Positions 18,575 to 28,167 of a stretch of DNA of 59,350 nucleotides are shown piece by piece (the first letter of the stretch is position 1; every line of letters begins with the position of its first letter). The DNA comes from Luteitalea sp. (GTDB lineage Bacteria > Acidobacteriota > Vicinamibacteria > Vicinamibacterales > CAVVIG01): positions 1-59,350 of the forward strand of contig WHSN01000006.1 in assembly GCA_009380045.1 (NCBI GenBank), given 5' to 3'. The position numbers and the translations under genes were made by a program. Below the pieces are notes generated by a model. It was given only the letters and a program-made list of their open reading frames with translations. It had not been told where the DNA came from and did no database searches.

Positions 18575-19720
18575 TCATTTCTTGACGAACTTCTGCAGGC
18601 ACCCCCCTGACGCGCTGGTATCGCAACCGCCAGTCAGCCCGCCGAAGATGTTGCCAAGTTCGTCCGCTCCCAGCCCCTCCGGCCGCGTCCCGTCGATGAA
18701 GTGCGTCAACGATCCGTCTTTGGCGCTGCCGATACGGATACCGTTCTTCCATCCGGGATTGCGAATCGCGTTGCCGCCGCCTTCCGGCGCGTCAGCCGCG
18801 CCGCCGATGCGCCGGTTCGACTCCGAGTCGGCGACCAGCAACGTGTCGTCCTTCAGGATCCAGAGGTTGCTCGGTCGCCCGAAATGCGCCCACTCGTCGA
18901 CGACGTTCATGTCCTTGTCGAAAATCTGGATCCGGTTGTTCGAGCGGTCGGCCACCAACAATCGACCCTGGGAGTCGAACGCGAGCCCGTGCGGGCCCAT
19001 GAACTCGCCCGGGCCCCTGCCGTGACGGCCGAATTCCTTGAGGAACTTGCCGTCGCGCGAGTACCACACCAGCCGGTCGCCGTCCTGCTGGATGGTGGTC
19101 GGGCGGGGCCAATGGCCGTCGGCGATGAGAATGTTGCCGTCCGGTGTCTCCCGACAGGCGCTCGGCTGAATGAACGTGTCGGTGCCGGCCTTGCCGACGC
19201 CGGCCTGGCCGAGCGTCAGCAGCAGCTTTCCGTCCGGGTTGTATTTGAAGACCTGGTTGCCCCTGACACCGACATCGGGCCCATCGCCGAAGGGCCCGCT
19301 GTCGACTGCCCAGAAGTTGCCGTCGCGGTCGCGACAGAGACCGTGCGCCTGGGAGAAGGTCACGCCTTCGAAGCGCTTGGTGATCTTGCCATTGGTATCG
19401 ATGCGCAGCACGCCCGGATCCGATCGGTGCTGGAGCCAGAGCCCACCCGTGCCGTCAGGGACGATCCCGATGGCGGCGCCCGGCTTGATGCCCTCCAGGT
19501 TCGGCCAGTTCGGGAGCATCCGATACGGATTGGCCATGGTGTTGGTCTTCACCAGCTCAATCGGCGGCGCCGGCGCCTCGCGAGCCGGCGCGGCCTGGCC
19601 GCCGCCGGCCGCCGCCACCTCGCTCGACTCGGGTCCGGTCGTCCCGCCACACGCGCCCGCCACGGCAAGGCCGACGCACCACACCACGAGCGAGACCACA
19701 TGCCGGCCACGTCCTACCAT
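18575..19720 (-). CDS. NHL-repeat lipoprotein (PAL-like)
   Basis: Lipobox-like VAGAC. Motifs: AHGLCRDRDGN, GEFMGPHGLAFDSQGRLLVADRSNNRIQIF. Confidence 0.85.
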   Translation of the reverse strand: MVGRGRHVVSLVVWCVGLAVAGACGGTTGPESSEVAAAGGGQAAPAREAPAPPIELVKTNTMANPYRMLPNWPNLEGIKPGAAIGIVPDGTGGLWLQHRSDPGVLRIDTNGKITKRFEGVTFSQAHGLCRDRDGNFWAVDSGPFGDGPDVGVRGNQVFKYNPDGKLLLTLGQAGVGKAGTDTFIQPSACRETPDGNILIADGHWPRPTTIQQDGDRLVWYSRDGKFLKEFGRHGRGPGEFMGPHGLAFDSQGRLLVADRSNNRIQIFDKDMNVVDEWAHFGRPSNLWILKDDTLLVADSESNRRIGGAADAPEGGGNAIRNPGWKNGIRIGSAKDGSLTHFIDGTRPEGLGADELGNIFGGLTGGCDTSASGGCLQKFVKK

Positions 19721-19833
19721 GTTCGTTCTCCTCACGTTTGATGATCGGTTCGGCGGAACGGCGCCACCCTCGGCGCTCGTCATCGCAACCATTAGGTCCT
19801 GCGCGCTAGTTTTGTCCGGGCTCATCGCCAACG

Positions 19834-20409
19834 CTATTTCTTCACGGCCGGGTGAACGTACCCGGCCGGCAGGATGTGACCCGCGTCGGGCCGAACGCTG
19901 ACGTAGGTGACGTGGTCCGGCACCTCGGCCCACCCGTGAAGAACGCCCGGTGGAATGATGACCATGTCGCCGGCAGATACCTTTCGGGTCTGGCCGCCCT
20001 GAAAGGTGCCGTTGACGCTGGGCCCAACCGCCACCTTCACGACCTCGGCGTCCGCGGCGAGCGGCTTCGGATTCAGGATCGTTCCACCGGTGACCAGAGT
20101 CCCTCCGCCCGACGTGATGTAGTAAACCTCCGTCACCTCGGTATGTGCGATGCCGTTCACCGTCCCGGTGGCGCTGGGCTTGACGGCATTCCTGTGGAGG
20201 ACGCCGATCGCGACGTTGTACTTGCCCATGTCCACGACTTTGATCTGGCGATCGCCTCCACCCTGCGGGTGTTTCAAGACCGCCTCAATATCCGCCTTGG
20301 TCACGTCGGTGGCCGCCGTCGGAGGCGTCCCGGACTGAGCAGACGTGGAACTCGACGACAGGGCGATCAACATCGCCGCGAGCACTGAACCGACGGCACG
20401 TCTCTTCAT
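19834..20409 (-). CDS. Exported cupin-domain protein
   Basis: Signal peptide; HTEVTEVYYITSGGG and GDMVIIPPGVLHGW motifs. Confidence 0.85.
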   Translation of the reverse strand: MKRRAVGSVLAAMLIALSSSSTSAQSGTPPTAATDVTKADIEAVLKHPQGGGDRQIKVVDMGKYNVAIGVLHRNAVKPSATGTVNGIAHTEVTEVYYITSGGGTLVTGGTILNPKPLAADAEVVKVAVGPSVNGTFQGGQTRKVSAGDMVIIPPGVLHGWAEVPDHVTYVSVRPDAGHILPAGYVHPAVKK

Positions 20410-20549
20410 GGGCTCTCCTTGTTTGCAGCCGCCGCTTGTCGGCTCGTTCACTGTATCGGGCCCTCCCGCGAGGACACCTTTGTTTCGACGCGAAGGTCCC
20501 CACGACAGGCGGCGACAGGCGGCGATCTCTCGTTCTGCTCAGACTCTGA

Positions 20550-21656
20550 CTACCGGCTCAGCGCCGGCGGGGGCGCAATTCCGAGGATCTTCGCCGGGTT
20601 GACCCTGAACAGCAGATCCAGTTCCTTATCCGTGAATCCCTGCGCGCGCAGCGCCTTCGCCGCCATGGCCAGCGCATCGGGTTGATAGATGGAGTTCAGC
20701 TGCCCCGTGTCGCTCGACACGAAGGCGTGCTCGACACCCGCCGCACGGATGCCGTCGACATAGTTCTTGAGCGTCTCCGCCGAGGCGTTCTCGCGACCGA
20801 ACTGGGAGGTGAACTCGGCGTAGATTTCAGGCCCCATACCCACGACTTCCTTGATCTGGGCGTGGCTCATGCCGACGGCCGAAAGGAGCGGATGCGTGAT
20901 GATGATGTGCTTGACGCCCACCTTCACCGCTTCCTCAACCATCAGCTTGACCTCTTCAGGTCCGTTGTGGCCGGTTGCCAGGATCAAGTCGCCGTTGCTG
21001 TCGCGCGTCTTGGCCTTCGCGATGACCGACATGGCCTCCTTCACTTCTGGCAGGAGCTCCGGGTTGGCGCACGGCTTTGGATAGTTCGCCCAGAACGGTC
21101 CGCCGCCCGGGCACCGGGCCACGGAGACAAACGCCGGCTGCTTCCACCCCTTCACCTCGTGCGAGCTGTGCTCCGAATCCCAGCTCGGCATCCACACGAT
21201 CCGGCCCCAGCCGCCCTTGATCTCGGTCATGTGCGTGATCGCCCACGGGTTCACTTTCGGCCCGATGGTGAGGTTCGAGCCCATGCCGCCGAAAACCTCC
21301 ATCTCCGGGTACAGCTTGCGAATGTAGTAGGCGAGTCCGGCCGTCTGATCGAGATGCTGCTTGATGACGAAGCCTCGCATGCCAGCCATCTTGGCCCGCT
21401 TGACGAGATCGATCGCGTCGATCGATCGCGCCGCCTGGCCGTAGCTCGGGCCCCGGCTGTCGGGATCCTGGTGCGCGTGCATGTCGATGGAACCTTGAAT
21501 GATCGGATCCGTCACCAGCGGATCAGAGAGTGATCGCGTGACTGCCTGCCCGCGTCCTTGCGCGCTGGCACGCGGGATCATCGCGACGCTCAAGGCGACT
21601 GCCGCGAGCGCCAGGCTGACGCTCACTGCCTGCCGCGTTCGTCTCGTCACATCCAT
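20550..21656 (-). CDS. Exported metal-dependent amidohydrolase-fold protein (DUF6282-like)
   Basis: Signal peptide; IDMHAH, VIKQH, ATGH, ITHP, SSDTGQ and NPAKILG motifs. Confidence 0.8.
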   Translation of the reverse strand: MDVTRRTRQAVSVSLALAAVALSVAMIPRASAQGRGQAVTRSLSDPLVTDPIIQGSIDMHAHQDPDSRGPSYGQAARSIDAIDLVKRAKMAGMRGFVIKQHLDQTAGLAYYIRKLYPEMEVFGGMGSNLTIGPKVNPWAITHMTEIKGGWGRIVWMPSWDSEHSSHEVKGWKQPAFVSVARCPGGGPFWANYPKPCANPELLPEVKEAMSVIAKAKTRDSNGDLILATGHNGPEEVKLMVEEAVKVGVKHIIITHPLLSAVGMSHAQIKEVVGMGPEIYAEFTSQFGRENASAETLKNYVDGIRAAGVEHAFVSSDTGQLNSIYQPDALAMAAKALRAQGFTDKELDLLFRVNPAKILGIAPPPALSR

Positions 21657-22019
21657 GGTTCTTCACCTCTTCTGACGGCCACAGTGCATCGCTCGCGATG
21701 GTCCGCGCGAACCTGGACCTGTTGTAACTTCGAGTCGTTCCAAACTCAGCGGATTATCAGTGCCGCTCGTCGGGGGGATCAAAGCCGCATTTGTTACCAA
21801 TTGTCATGGGCGCCTTCGCGAACCCCTCCCGTCCAAAAATCCGCACGTCGCTGCACTGCAGAGACGGACCTGCAGGCTCGATCGGCGCCTCATCAACGCC
21901 GGCGGATTTGATGCGGCTCGGCCGTCGCGGCTGTTCGACCGATCGAGGTGCGCGACTGGCCTGCCGCATACCGGCTAGACTGGGGCTACGTGTCCGATCC
22001 CGTCTTCTTTGGTCGTGAC

Positions 22020-25000
22020 GTGAAATCCAGCAGCACACACTTGATCCTGGGCCTGGCAGCCGGACTGACGCTGTTGGCGTTGACGGCTGGCGTCTATCTC
22101 GTCAGTCAGCGGAGCGACCGGCTTCCAGCTCCAGGCTCGGAGGTGTCCGAAGGCGCGACGCGCAGCTTCTACCTCGGTCTGGCGTCGCTTCAGGTCGGCC
22201 TGCTCGACCGGGCGAGGCAGGAGTTCACGCGCACCACGGAACTGGTCGCCGCCGAGCCAGCGTCGTGGGCGAATCTGGGCCTGGTGCATCTCCGGCTTGG
22301 CGACTTCGACGCCGCGCAGCCACCGATCGAGCGGGCGGCGGCACTCGCACCCGAGAGCAGCGAGATTGCCTTCCTGCTGGGACGAATGGCCACCATGCAG
22401 GGCCGGCTCGAGGAGGGCATCGCCCATCTTCGGCGAGCGGTCGACCTGAATCCCCGCAACCTGCAAGCCCGCTTCACACTCGTTCAGGAGATCGAGCGCT
22501 CGAGTGGTCAGAATGCCGATGCCGAAGCGCAGCAGGAGCTCGAGGAGCTCCTCGGCCTGGAACCTGACAACCTGGCAGTGCTTGTGGAACGCACCCGCCT
22601 GGCTGCCAAACGCGGCGAGATCGCGGCGCTTGGCGATTCGCTCGCGCGGCTCGGCGGGCTGCGGGCCGCCTGGCCCGCCACGACCATCGAGCACTACGAT
22701 TCGCTGCAGCGCGCGGTTACGGCGCAGGATTTCCCGGGAGCGGCGCGGGCAAGCACGTTTCTCAGGAACGTCCTGCTGCCGACACCAGCCTTTCAGGAGG
22801 GCCGTGTCCGTGTGAGCCCCGGGGATGAGCTCATCGCCGAGCCGTTCGAGCGTTTCCTGAAACTGCCGTCACCGAGCTCGATGCCGTCACCTGCCGATGA
22901 ATCGCTCACGTTCAGCCGGGAGACGGTTGGTGCGGCCCGCACCACCCCATGGACGGCGGTGTTGGCAGTGTCACTGGACGGCAGCAGTGCCCCTGCAATC
23001 TTCGCCACTGCTGGCGCCGAGCTGCGACGAATCGACGGGCCCGAGATCATCCTGCCGTCCCCATCCGACAACCCGCCCGTCGAACCGGCATCGCCAGGTG
23101 GGCTGCTGGCGCTCGATTGGAATCACGACTTCAGGATGGATCTGGTGAGCGCGGGCCGCGGAGGCGTTCGGCTGCTGGTGCAAGGGGAAGACGGAACGTT
23201 CGCCGACGCCACGGCGAACGCGGCAGGGGCGAGCACCGCCGGCTTGACCGACTGTTTCGGCGCCTGGACCGCCGATGTCGAGATGGACGGCGATCTCGAC
23301 ATCATCGTCGGCATCGAGGACACCGCGCCACTGGTGCTGAGGAACAACGGGGACGGCACCTGGCGCACCCTGCAGCCATTTGCCGGCGTGTCGGGCCTTC
23401 GGAGCTTCTCGTGGGGCGACCTGGATGGAGACGGCGATCCCGATGCCGCGCTGCTCGACGCGCGGGGCGAGATGCACCTGTTCATGAATCGGCAAGCCGG
23501 CGACTTCCGCCGCGTCGACACCGCGCCGGCCCGGCCCGAGGTGATCGCGCTGACGGTGGGCGACGCCAACGCCGATGGCGTGCTCGACATCGTGACGCTT
23601 GATGCGCGCGGAGCGATCCGGCGGGTCTTTGTGAATTCCGACGTCTGGGAGGAGCAGCCGCTGGCAACGTGGCCCGATTGGTCGGGCCAGCCGCTGCCGG
23701 GAACGTCTCGACTGTTTCTCGCGGATCTGGACAACAACGGAGCGCTCGATCTCGCGGCATCCGGTGCCGGGCGCTCCCGCATCTGGCTCGCCGATGAACG
23801 AAACGAGCTCCGGCTGCTGCCGGCCACCCTCGACGCCGAGATTTTCAGCGTCATCGATCTCGACAACGACGGTCACCTCGACCTGGTCGGACTGTCGGAC
23901 GGCCGTGCCGTGCGTATCGCCGGGCGCGGCACGAGCGGCTACCACTGGCAGGTGATCCGGCCGCGTGCCCAATCGGTGGCCGGCGATCAGCGGATCAACT
24001 CATTCGGCGTCGGCGGCGACATCGAGATTCGATCCGGCCTGCTGACGCAGAAGCAGACCATTGCCGGTACCGCGGTGCACTTCGGCCTGGGCGCCCGCAC
24101 GAGCATCGACGTCGCACGAATCGTCTGGCCCAACGGCGTCGCGCAGGCCGAATTCGACCGCGAGGCCGATCAGGTCATCGTCGCCGACCAGCGTCTGAAG
24201 GGTTCGTGCCCCTGGGTCTTCACCTATGACGGCACCGGGATGCGCTTCGTGACCGACTTCCTCTGGCGCTCGCCGCTCGGACTGCGCATCAACGCGCAGG
24301 ACACGGCGGATGTCACGCAGACCGAGGACTGGGTGAGGATTCGCGGGGATCAACTCGTCCCGAAGAACGACGCCTACGACGTGCGGATCACCGCGGAACT
24401 GTGGGAGACCCATTTCTTCGACCATGTGTCCTTGATGGCCGTCGACCATCCAGATGACGTGGAGGTGTTCGTCGATGAACGGTTCTCGAGCCAGCCTCCG
24501 GCGCTTGCCACCCGGGCAGTCACCCGGCCGCGCGCGATCGCGCGCGCCTGGGACGAAGCCGGCCGCGACGTCACCGATCTGCTGGCGCACCAGGATGGTC
24601 GCTATCTGGCCACCTTCACGCGCGGGCCGTACCAGGGCATCGCCCAGGATCACTTCGTCGAGTTCGAGGTCGGCGCGGAAGTCCCGCGCGACCGGCCGCT
24701 GTGGCTGGTCGCCAACGGGTGGATCTACCCGACCGACAGCAGCATCAACGTGGCGATCGGACAGGGGCAGCACGCGAGGCCGCGCGGGCTGGCGCTCGAA
24801 GAGCGGGACGAGGCGGGCCGTTGGATGGTCGTCAATCCCGACCTGGGGTTTCCCGCTGGAAAGAACAAGACCATTCTGATCGATCTGAACAACACCGCCG
24901 GCGCTGGCGCGGCGCGCACCCGGCGTCTGCGCCTGCGGACGAACCTCGAGGTCTACTGGGACTGGCTCGCTGTCGCCAATGCCGTCGAGAACCCGTCGCT

Positions 25001-25511
25001 GGTGACGACACGACTGCAGCCGACGCGCGCCGAGCTTCGTTACCGGGGGTTCTCGCAGACGAGCTACGAGAGGCGCGATCTCCCGGAAGTGCCGCTCTAC
25101 CAGACGATTGCGAACGTCGGCCAGCGCTGGCGCGATTTGATCGGGTATTACACGCGCTTCGGCGACGTCGTCGAGCTGCTCGATCGCGTGGACGACCGCT
25201 ACGTGATCATGAACGCAGGCGACGAGCTGCAGCTGTCGTTCGCGGTGCCGCAGCCGCCGGCCGCCGGCTGGCGCCGCGATTTCGTGCTGATCGGCGATGG
25301 CTGGGAGAAAGACGGCGACTACAACACCGGCTTTTCCAAGACGGTGCAGCCGCTGCCGTCGCACGACCAACCCGCGTATGGACGGGCGGTTACGACGCTC
25401 GAGCTCGATCGCGATCCCGTGTATCAGCGGCACGCCGCCGACTGGCGGACGTATCACACCCGGTTTGTGACGCCGCGTGATTTTCTCCGGGGCGTCAGGG
25501 TAGCGCCATGA
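22020..25511 (+). CDS. Large TPR + FG-GAP + ASPIC/UnbV protein with an extra C-terminal domain
   Basis: N-terminal TM/signal segment, TPRs (WANLGL..LRLG), many DxDxDGxxD repeats, VHFGLG...IVWPNG (UnbV), then LKGSCP and a ~430-aa C-terminal domain. Confidence 0.88.
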   Translation: MKSSSTHLILGLAAGLTLLALTAGVYLVSQRSDRLPAPGSEVSEGATRSFYLGLASLQVGLLDRARQEFTRTTELVAAEPASWANLGLVHLRLGDFDAAQPPIERAAALAPESSEIAFLLGRMATMQGRLEEGIAHLRRAVDLNPRNLQARFTLVQEIERSSGQNADAEAQQELEELLGLEPDNLAVLVERTRLAAKRGEIAALGDSLARLGGLRAAWPATTIEHYDSLQRAVTAQDFPGAARASTFLRNVLLPTPAFQEGRVRVSPGDELIAEPFERFLKLPSPSSMPSPADESLTFSRETVGAARTTPWTAVLAVSLDGSSAPAIFATAGAELRRIDGPEIILPSPSDNPPVEPASPGGLLALDWNHDFRMDLVSAGRGGVRLLVQGEDGTFADATANAAGASTAGLTDCFGAWTADVEMDGDLDIIVGIEDTAPLVLRNNGDGTWRTLQPFAGVSGLRSFSWGDLDGDGDPDAALLDARGEMHLFMNRQAGDFRRVDTAPARPEVIALTVGDANADGVLDIVTLDARGAIRRVFVNSDVWEEQPLATWPDWSGQPLPGTSRLFLADLDNNGALDLAASGAGRSRIWLADERNELRLLPATLDAEIFSVIDLDNDGHLDLVGLSDGRAVRIAGRGTSGYHWQVIRPRAQSVAGDQRINSFGVGGDIEIRSGLLTQKQTIAGTAVHFGLGARTSIDVARIVWPNGVAQAEFDREADQVIVADQRLKGSCPWVFTYDGTGMRFVTDFLWRSPLGLRINAQDTADVTQTEDWVRIRGDQLVPKNDAYDVRITAELWETHFFDHVSLMAVDHPDDVEVFVDERFSSQPPALATRAVTRPRAIARAWDEAGRDVTDLLAHQDGRYLATFTRGPYQGIAQDHFVEFEVGAEVPRDRPLWLVANGWIYPTDSSINVAIGQGQHARPRGLALEERDEAGRWMVVNPDLGFPAGKNKTILIDLNNTAGAGAARTRRLRLRTNLEVYWDWLAVANAVENPSLVTTRLQPTRAELRYRGFSQTSYERRDLPEVPLYQTIANVGQRWRDLIGYYTRFGDVVELLDRVDDRYVIMNAGDELQLSFAVPQPPAAGWRRDFVLIGDGWEKDGDYNTGFSKTVQPLPSHDQPAYGRAVTTLELDRDPVYQRHAADWRTYHTRFVTPRDFLRGVRVAP

Positions 25512-27310
25512 CCGGGATCCCGTCCGAGCGCCCGCTGCGGCTGCTGTGGACCGTCCTGCTCGTCGCGTCGCTGGCCGCAGTCGTCGCGCTGAATCGGACG
25601 GCCGGGACGGGACGCGGGGCATCTGCCGAGCCGTCGGACGCCCTGGCTCGCTACGGGTTCCAGCTCGAAGAAGGCGCGGCGCGAGCAGGCGTCGCGTTCC
25701 TCCACCAGGGACCAACCTTCGATCGGCAGCTGGATCACATCATGCCGCAGGTCGCCTCGATGGGAGCTGCCGTCGCCGTCGCCGACTTCAATCGCGACGG
25801 CTGGCAGGATTTCTATGTCACCAACAGCGCCGAAGGAAGCCTGAATCGCCTGTACCGGAACGCCGGTGACGGCACCTTCAGCGATGTGGCCGCCGAGCTT
25901 GGCGTGGCAGACGTGAATCGGCTCGGCACCGGCGTTTCGATGGGCGCCGTCTGGGGTGACTACGACAACGACGGGTACGAAGATCTGTTTCTGTACAAGT
26001 ACGGGCGACCGGAGCTGTATCACAACGACAACGGACGCGGCTTCACACCGCTCGGCGAGCAGTCCGGACTCCCGCAATGGGTGAACGCCAACAGCGCCGT
26101 CTGGCTCGACTACGACCGGGACGGCTGGCTCGATCTCTTCCTGGCGGGATACTGGCCGGAGGAACTGGACCTCTGGAATCTGAAGACCACCCGCATCATG
26201 CCCGAAAGCTTCGAGTACGCCGAGAACGGAGGCAGGAAATACCTGCTCCGCAACCGGGGCAACGGCACGTTCGAAGATACCGCCGCGGAGGTCGGGATCG
26301 GCTCGCGCCGCTGGACGCTTGCCGCCGCGGCGGCCGATCTGTTGGGAACCGGGTACCCAGATCTGTTTGTCGCCAACGACTACGGCGTCGCCGAGCTCTA
26401 CGCCAACCAGGGCGGCAAGCAGTTCGTCGAAGTGAGCCGCGAGACCGGCGTCGGCCGCACCCCCAAGAGCGGCATGAATGCGGCCTTCGGCGACATCTTC
26501 AATGACGGCCGGCTGTCGATCTACAAGACGAACATCTCGGAACCGGGCGTGCTCGTCCAGGCCAACGATCTATGGGTGCCGAAGCAGGCCGGGGCGCGAG
26601 GAGGACTCGAGTACGAAAATCTCGCCTCGAGCATGGGCGTGGATCTGGGCGGCTGGAGCTGGGGGGCACAGTTCGGCGACTTGAACAACGATGGAACGCT
26701 CGACATCTATCTCGTGAACGGCTACGTCTCGGCCGGGGACCGAACGAGCTATTGGTACGACTTCTCCGAGATCGCGGTGGGGCACAGCGGCATCATCTCC
26801 GATGCGCGGAACTGGCCCGCCATGAGAGGCCGAAGCCTGTCCGGGTATCAGCGCAAGCGTGTCTGGATCAACGATGGCGTGGGTCGCTTCACCGAAGTGG
26901 CGCAGGTCGTCGGAGCGACCGACACCCATGATGGTCGCGCCGTCGCGCTGGCGGATCTGTCGAACGCCGGTGTGCTCGATGTGATCGTGGCAAACCAGCG
27001 TGGTCCGCTGCTGCTGTACAAGAACAGGGTGGAGCCCGGGCGCCACTGGATCGCCTTCGAGCTCGAAGGCGGCGCCAGCAACCGCAGCGCGATCGGCGCT
27101 CGCGTCGAGCTGCATTGGAACGGCCAGCGCCAGGTGCAGGAGGTCAGCGGTGGAAGCGGGTTCAGCTCGCAGAACCAGCGCCGGCTGCATTACGGGCTGG
27201 GCGCGTCGGGAAGTGTGGACCGCGTCGTGATCCGGTGGCCGACAGGCCGTGATCAGACGGTGGTCAATCCCCAGGTCGACATGCTCCACAGGATTGCGGA
27301 ACCTCGATGA
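25508..27310 (+). CDS. CRTAC1-family FG-GAP/ASPIC-UnbV protein (enediyne E4/UnbV-like)
   Basis: ATGA overlap with the upstream gene. DFNRDGWQD, DYDNDGYED and GWSWGAQFGDLNNDG repeats; SNRSAIGARV...LHYGLG...IRWPTG. Confidence 0.9.
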   Translation: MTGIPSERPLRLLWTVLLVASLAAVVALNRTAGTGRGASAEPSDALARYGFQLEEGAARAGVAFLHQGPTFDRQLDHIMPQVASMGAAVAVADFNRDGWQDFYVTNSAEGSLNRLYRNAGDGTFSDVAAELGVADVNRLGTGVSMGAVWGDYDNDGYEDLFLYKYGRPELYHNDNGRGFTPLGEQSGLPQWVNANSAVWLDYDRDGWLDLFLAGYWPEELDLWNLKTTRIMPESFEYAENGGRKYLLRNRGNGTFEDTAAEVGIGSRRWTLAAAAADLLGTGYPDLFVANDYGVAELYANQGGKQFVEVSRETGVGRTPKSGMNAAFGDIFNDGRLSIYKTNISEPGVLVQANDLWVPKQAGARGGLEYENLASSMGVDLGGWSWGAQFGDLNNDGTLDIYLVNGYVSAGDRTSYWYDFSEIAVGHSGIISDARNWPAMRGRSLSGYQRKRVWINDGVGRFTEVAQVVGATDTHDGRAVALADLSNAGVLDVIVANQRGPLLLYKNRVEPGRHWIAFELEGGASNRSAIGARVELHWNGQRQVQEVSGGSGFSSQNQRRLHYGLGASGSVDRVVIRWPTGRDQTVVNPQVDMLHRIAEPR

Positions 27311-28167
27311 GCCCCGGGACCGCGGCACTGTCGCCGGCCGAAGCGCTGCCGTCCCGGCAGCGATCCCGCCGGGCGTTCGACAATCGCCTTCTCGGCCCGA
27401 TTCTGATCACGTGCATCCTGATTGCCGCCCACCTGTCCTTCGGCATCCTCGAGGGGTACGAGGGAACCGCGCTCGCAATCGTGACGGCGATTCTGGCGGA
27501 GATGGCGCTCGGGCGCCTCACCTACGGCCGCTGGCCCCACCTGGCAAGCGCCTACATCACGGGCATCAGCGTCGGGATTCTGGTTCGCTCGCCGTTCATG
27601 TGGCCATACGCGCTCGGCAGCCTGATCTCGATTGCGACGAAGTACGTGCTGCGGCTGAAGGGACGGCATCTCTGGAACCCGTCGAATTTCGGCGTCAGCG
27701 CCGAGCTCTTTCTCGCACCCGCGACGGTGTCCCTCCTCAGCATCCAGTGGGGCAACACGGTGTGGCCGATGGCCGTCATCTGGCTGCTCGGCGCCGTGAT
27801 CGTCTGGCGCGTCGGGCGTCTGCACATCAGTGCGACCTACGTCGCGTCGTTTCTGCTCTTTTCGGTCGTGCGCAGCGGCGTCACGGGAAATCCGTGGCTC
27901 GCCAACGTGGCGCCGATCACCGGGCCGATGTACCAGTTGTTCATCTTTTTCATGGTCACCGATCCGAAGACGACGGTACGCCCGCGGTGGGCGCAGTGTC
28001 TGGTGGTGTTCCTGGTCGCATTCGTCGAGATGCTGCTGCGGCTGGCGGAAGTGGTCTATGCGCCGTTTTACGCGCTGTTCCTGGTCGGGCCGGCAGCCAT
28101 GGCGACCGAGATCTGGCTGGAGTCGCGGCGGCAGGTATCCCGGGGACCTGAAGCACCCGCATCGTAG
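27307..28167 (+). CDS. RnfD/NqrB-like integral membrane protein (enediyne E5/UnbU-like)
   Basis: ATGA overlap and multiple TM helices. SAYITGISV, KYVLR..GRHLWNPSNFG and FFMVTDPKT motifs; no flavinylation S(G/T)AT motif seen. Confidence 0.82.
   Translation: MSPGTAALSPAEALPSRQRSRRAFDNRLLGPILITCILIAAHLSFGILEGYEGTALAIVTAILAEMALGRLTYGRWPHLASAYITGISVGILVRSPFMWPYALGSLISIATKYVLRLKGRHLWNPSNFGVSAELFLAPATVSLLSIQWGNTVWPMAVIWLLGAVIVWRVGRLHISATYVASFLLFSVVRSGVTGNPWLANVAPITGPMYQLFIFFMVTDPKTTVRPRWAQCLVVFLVAFVEMLLRLAEVVYAPFYALFLVGPAAMATEIWLESRRQVSRGPEAPAS

Noticed and set aside
22020-28167. True enediyne biosynthetic cluster
   Set aside because: No pksE, thioesterase or E3/DUF1702 gene in the window.
27307-28167. 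Rnf/Nqr respiratory complex
   Set aside because: No other subunits nearby and no flavinylation motif seen.
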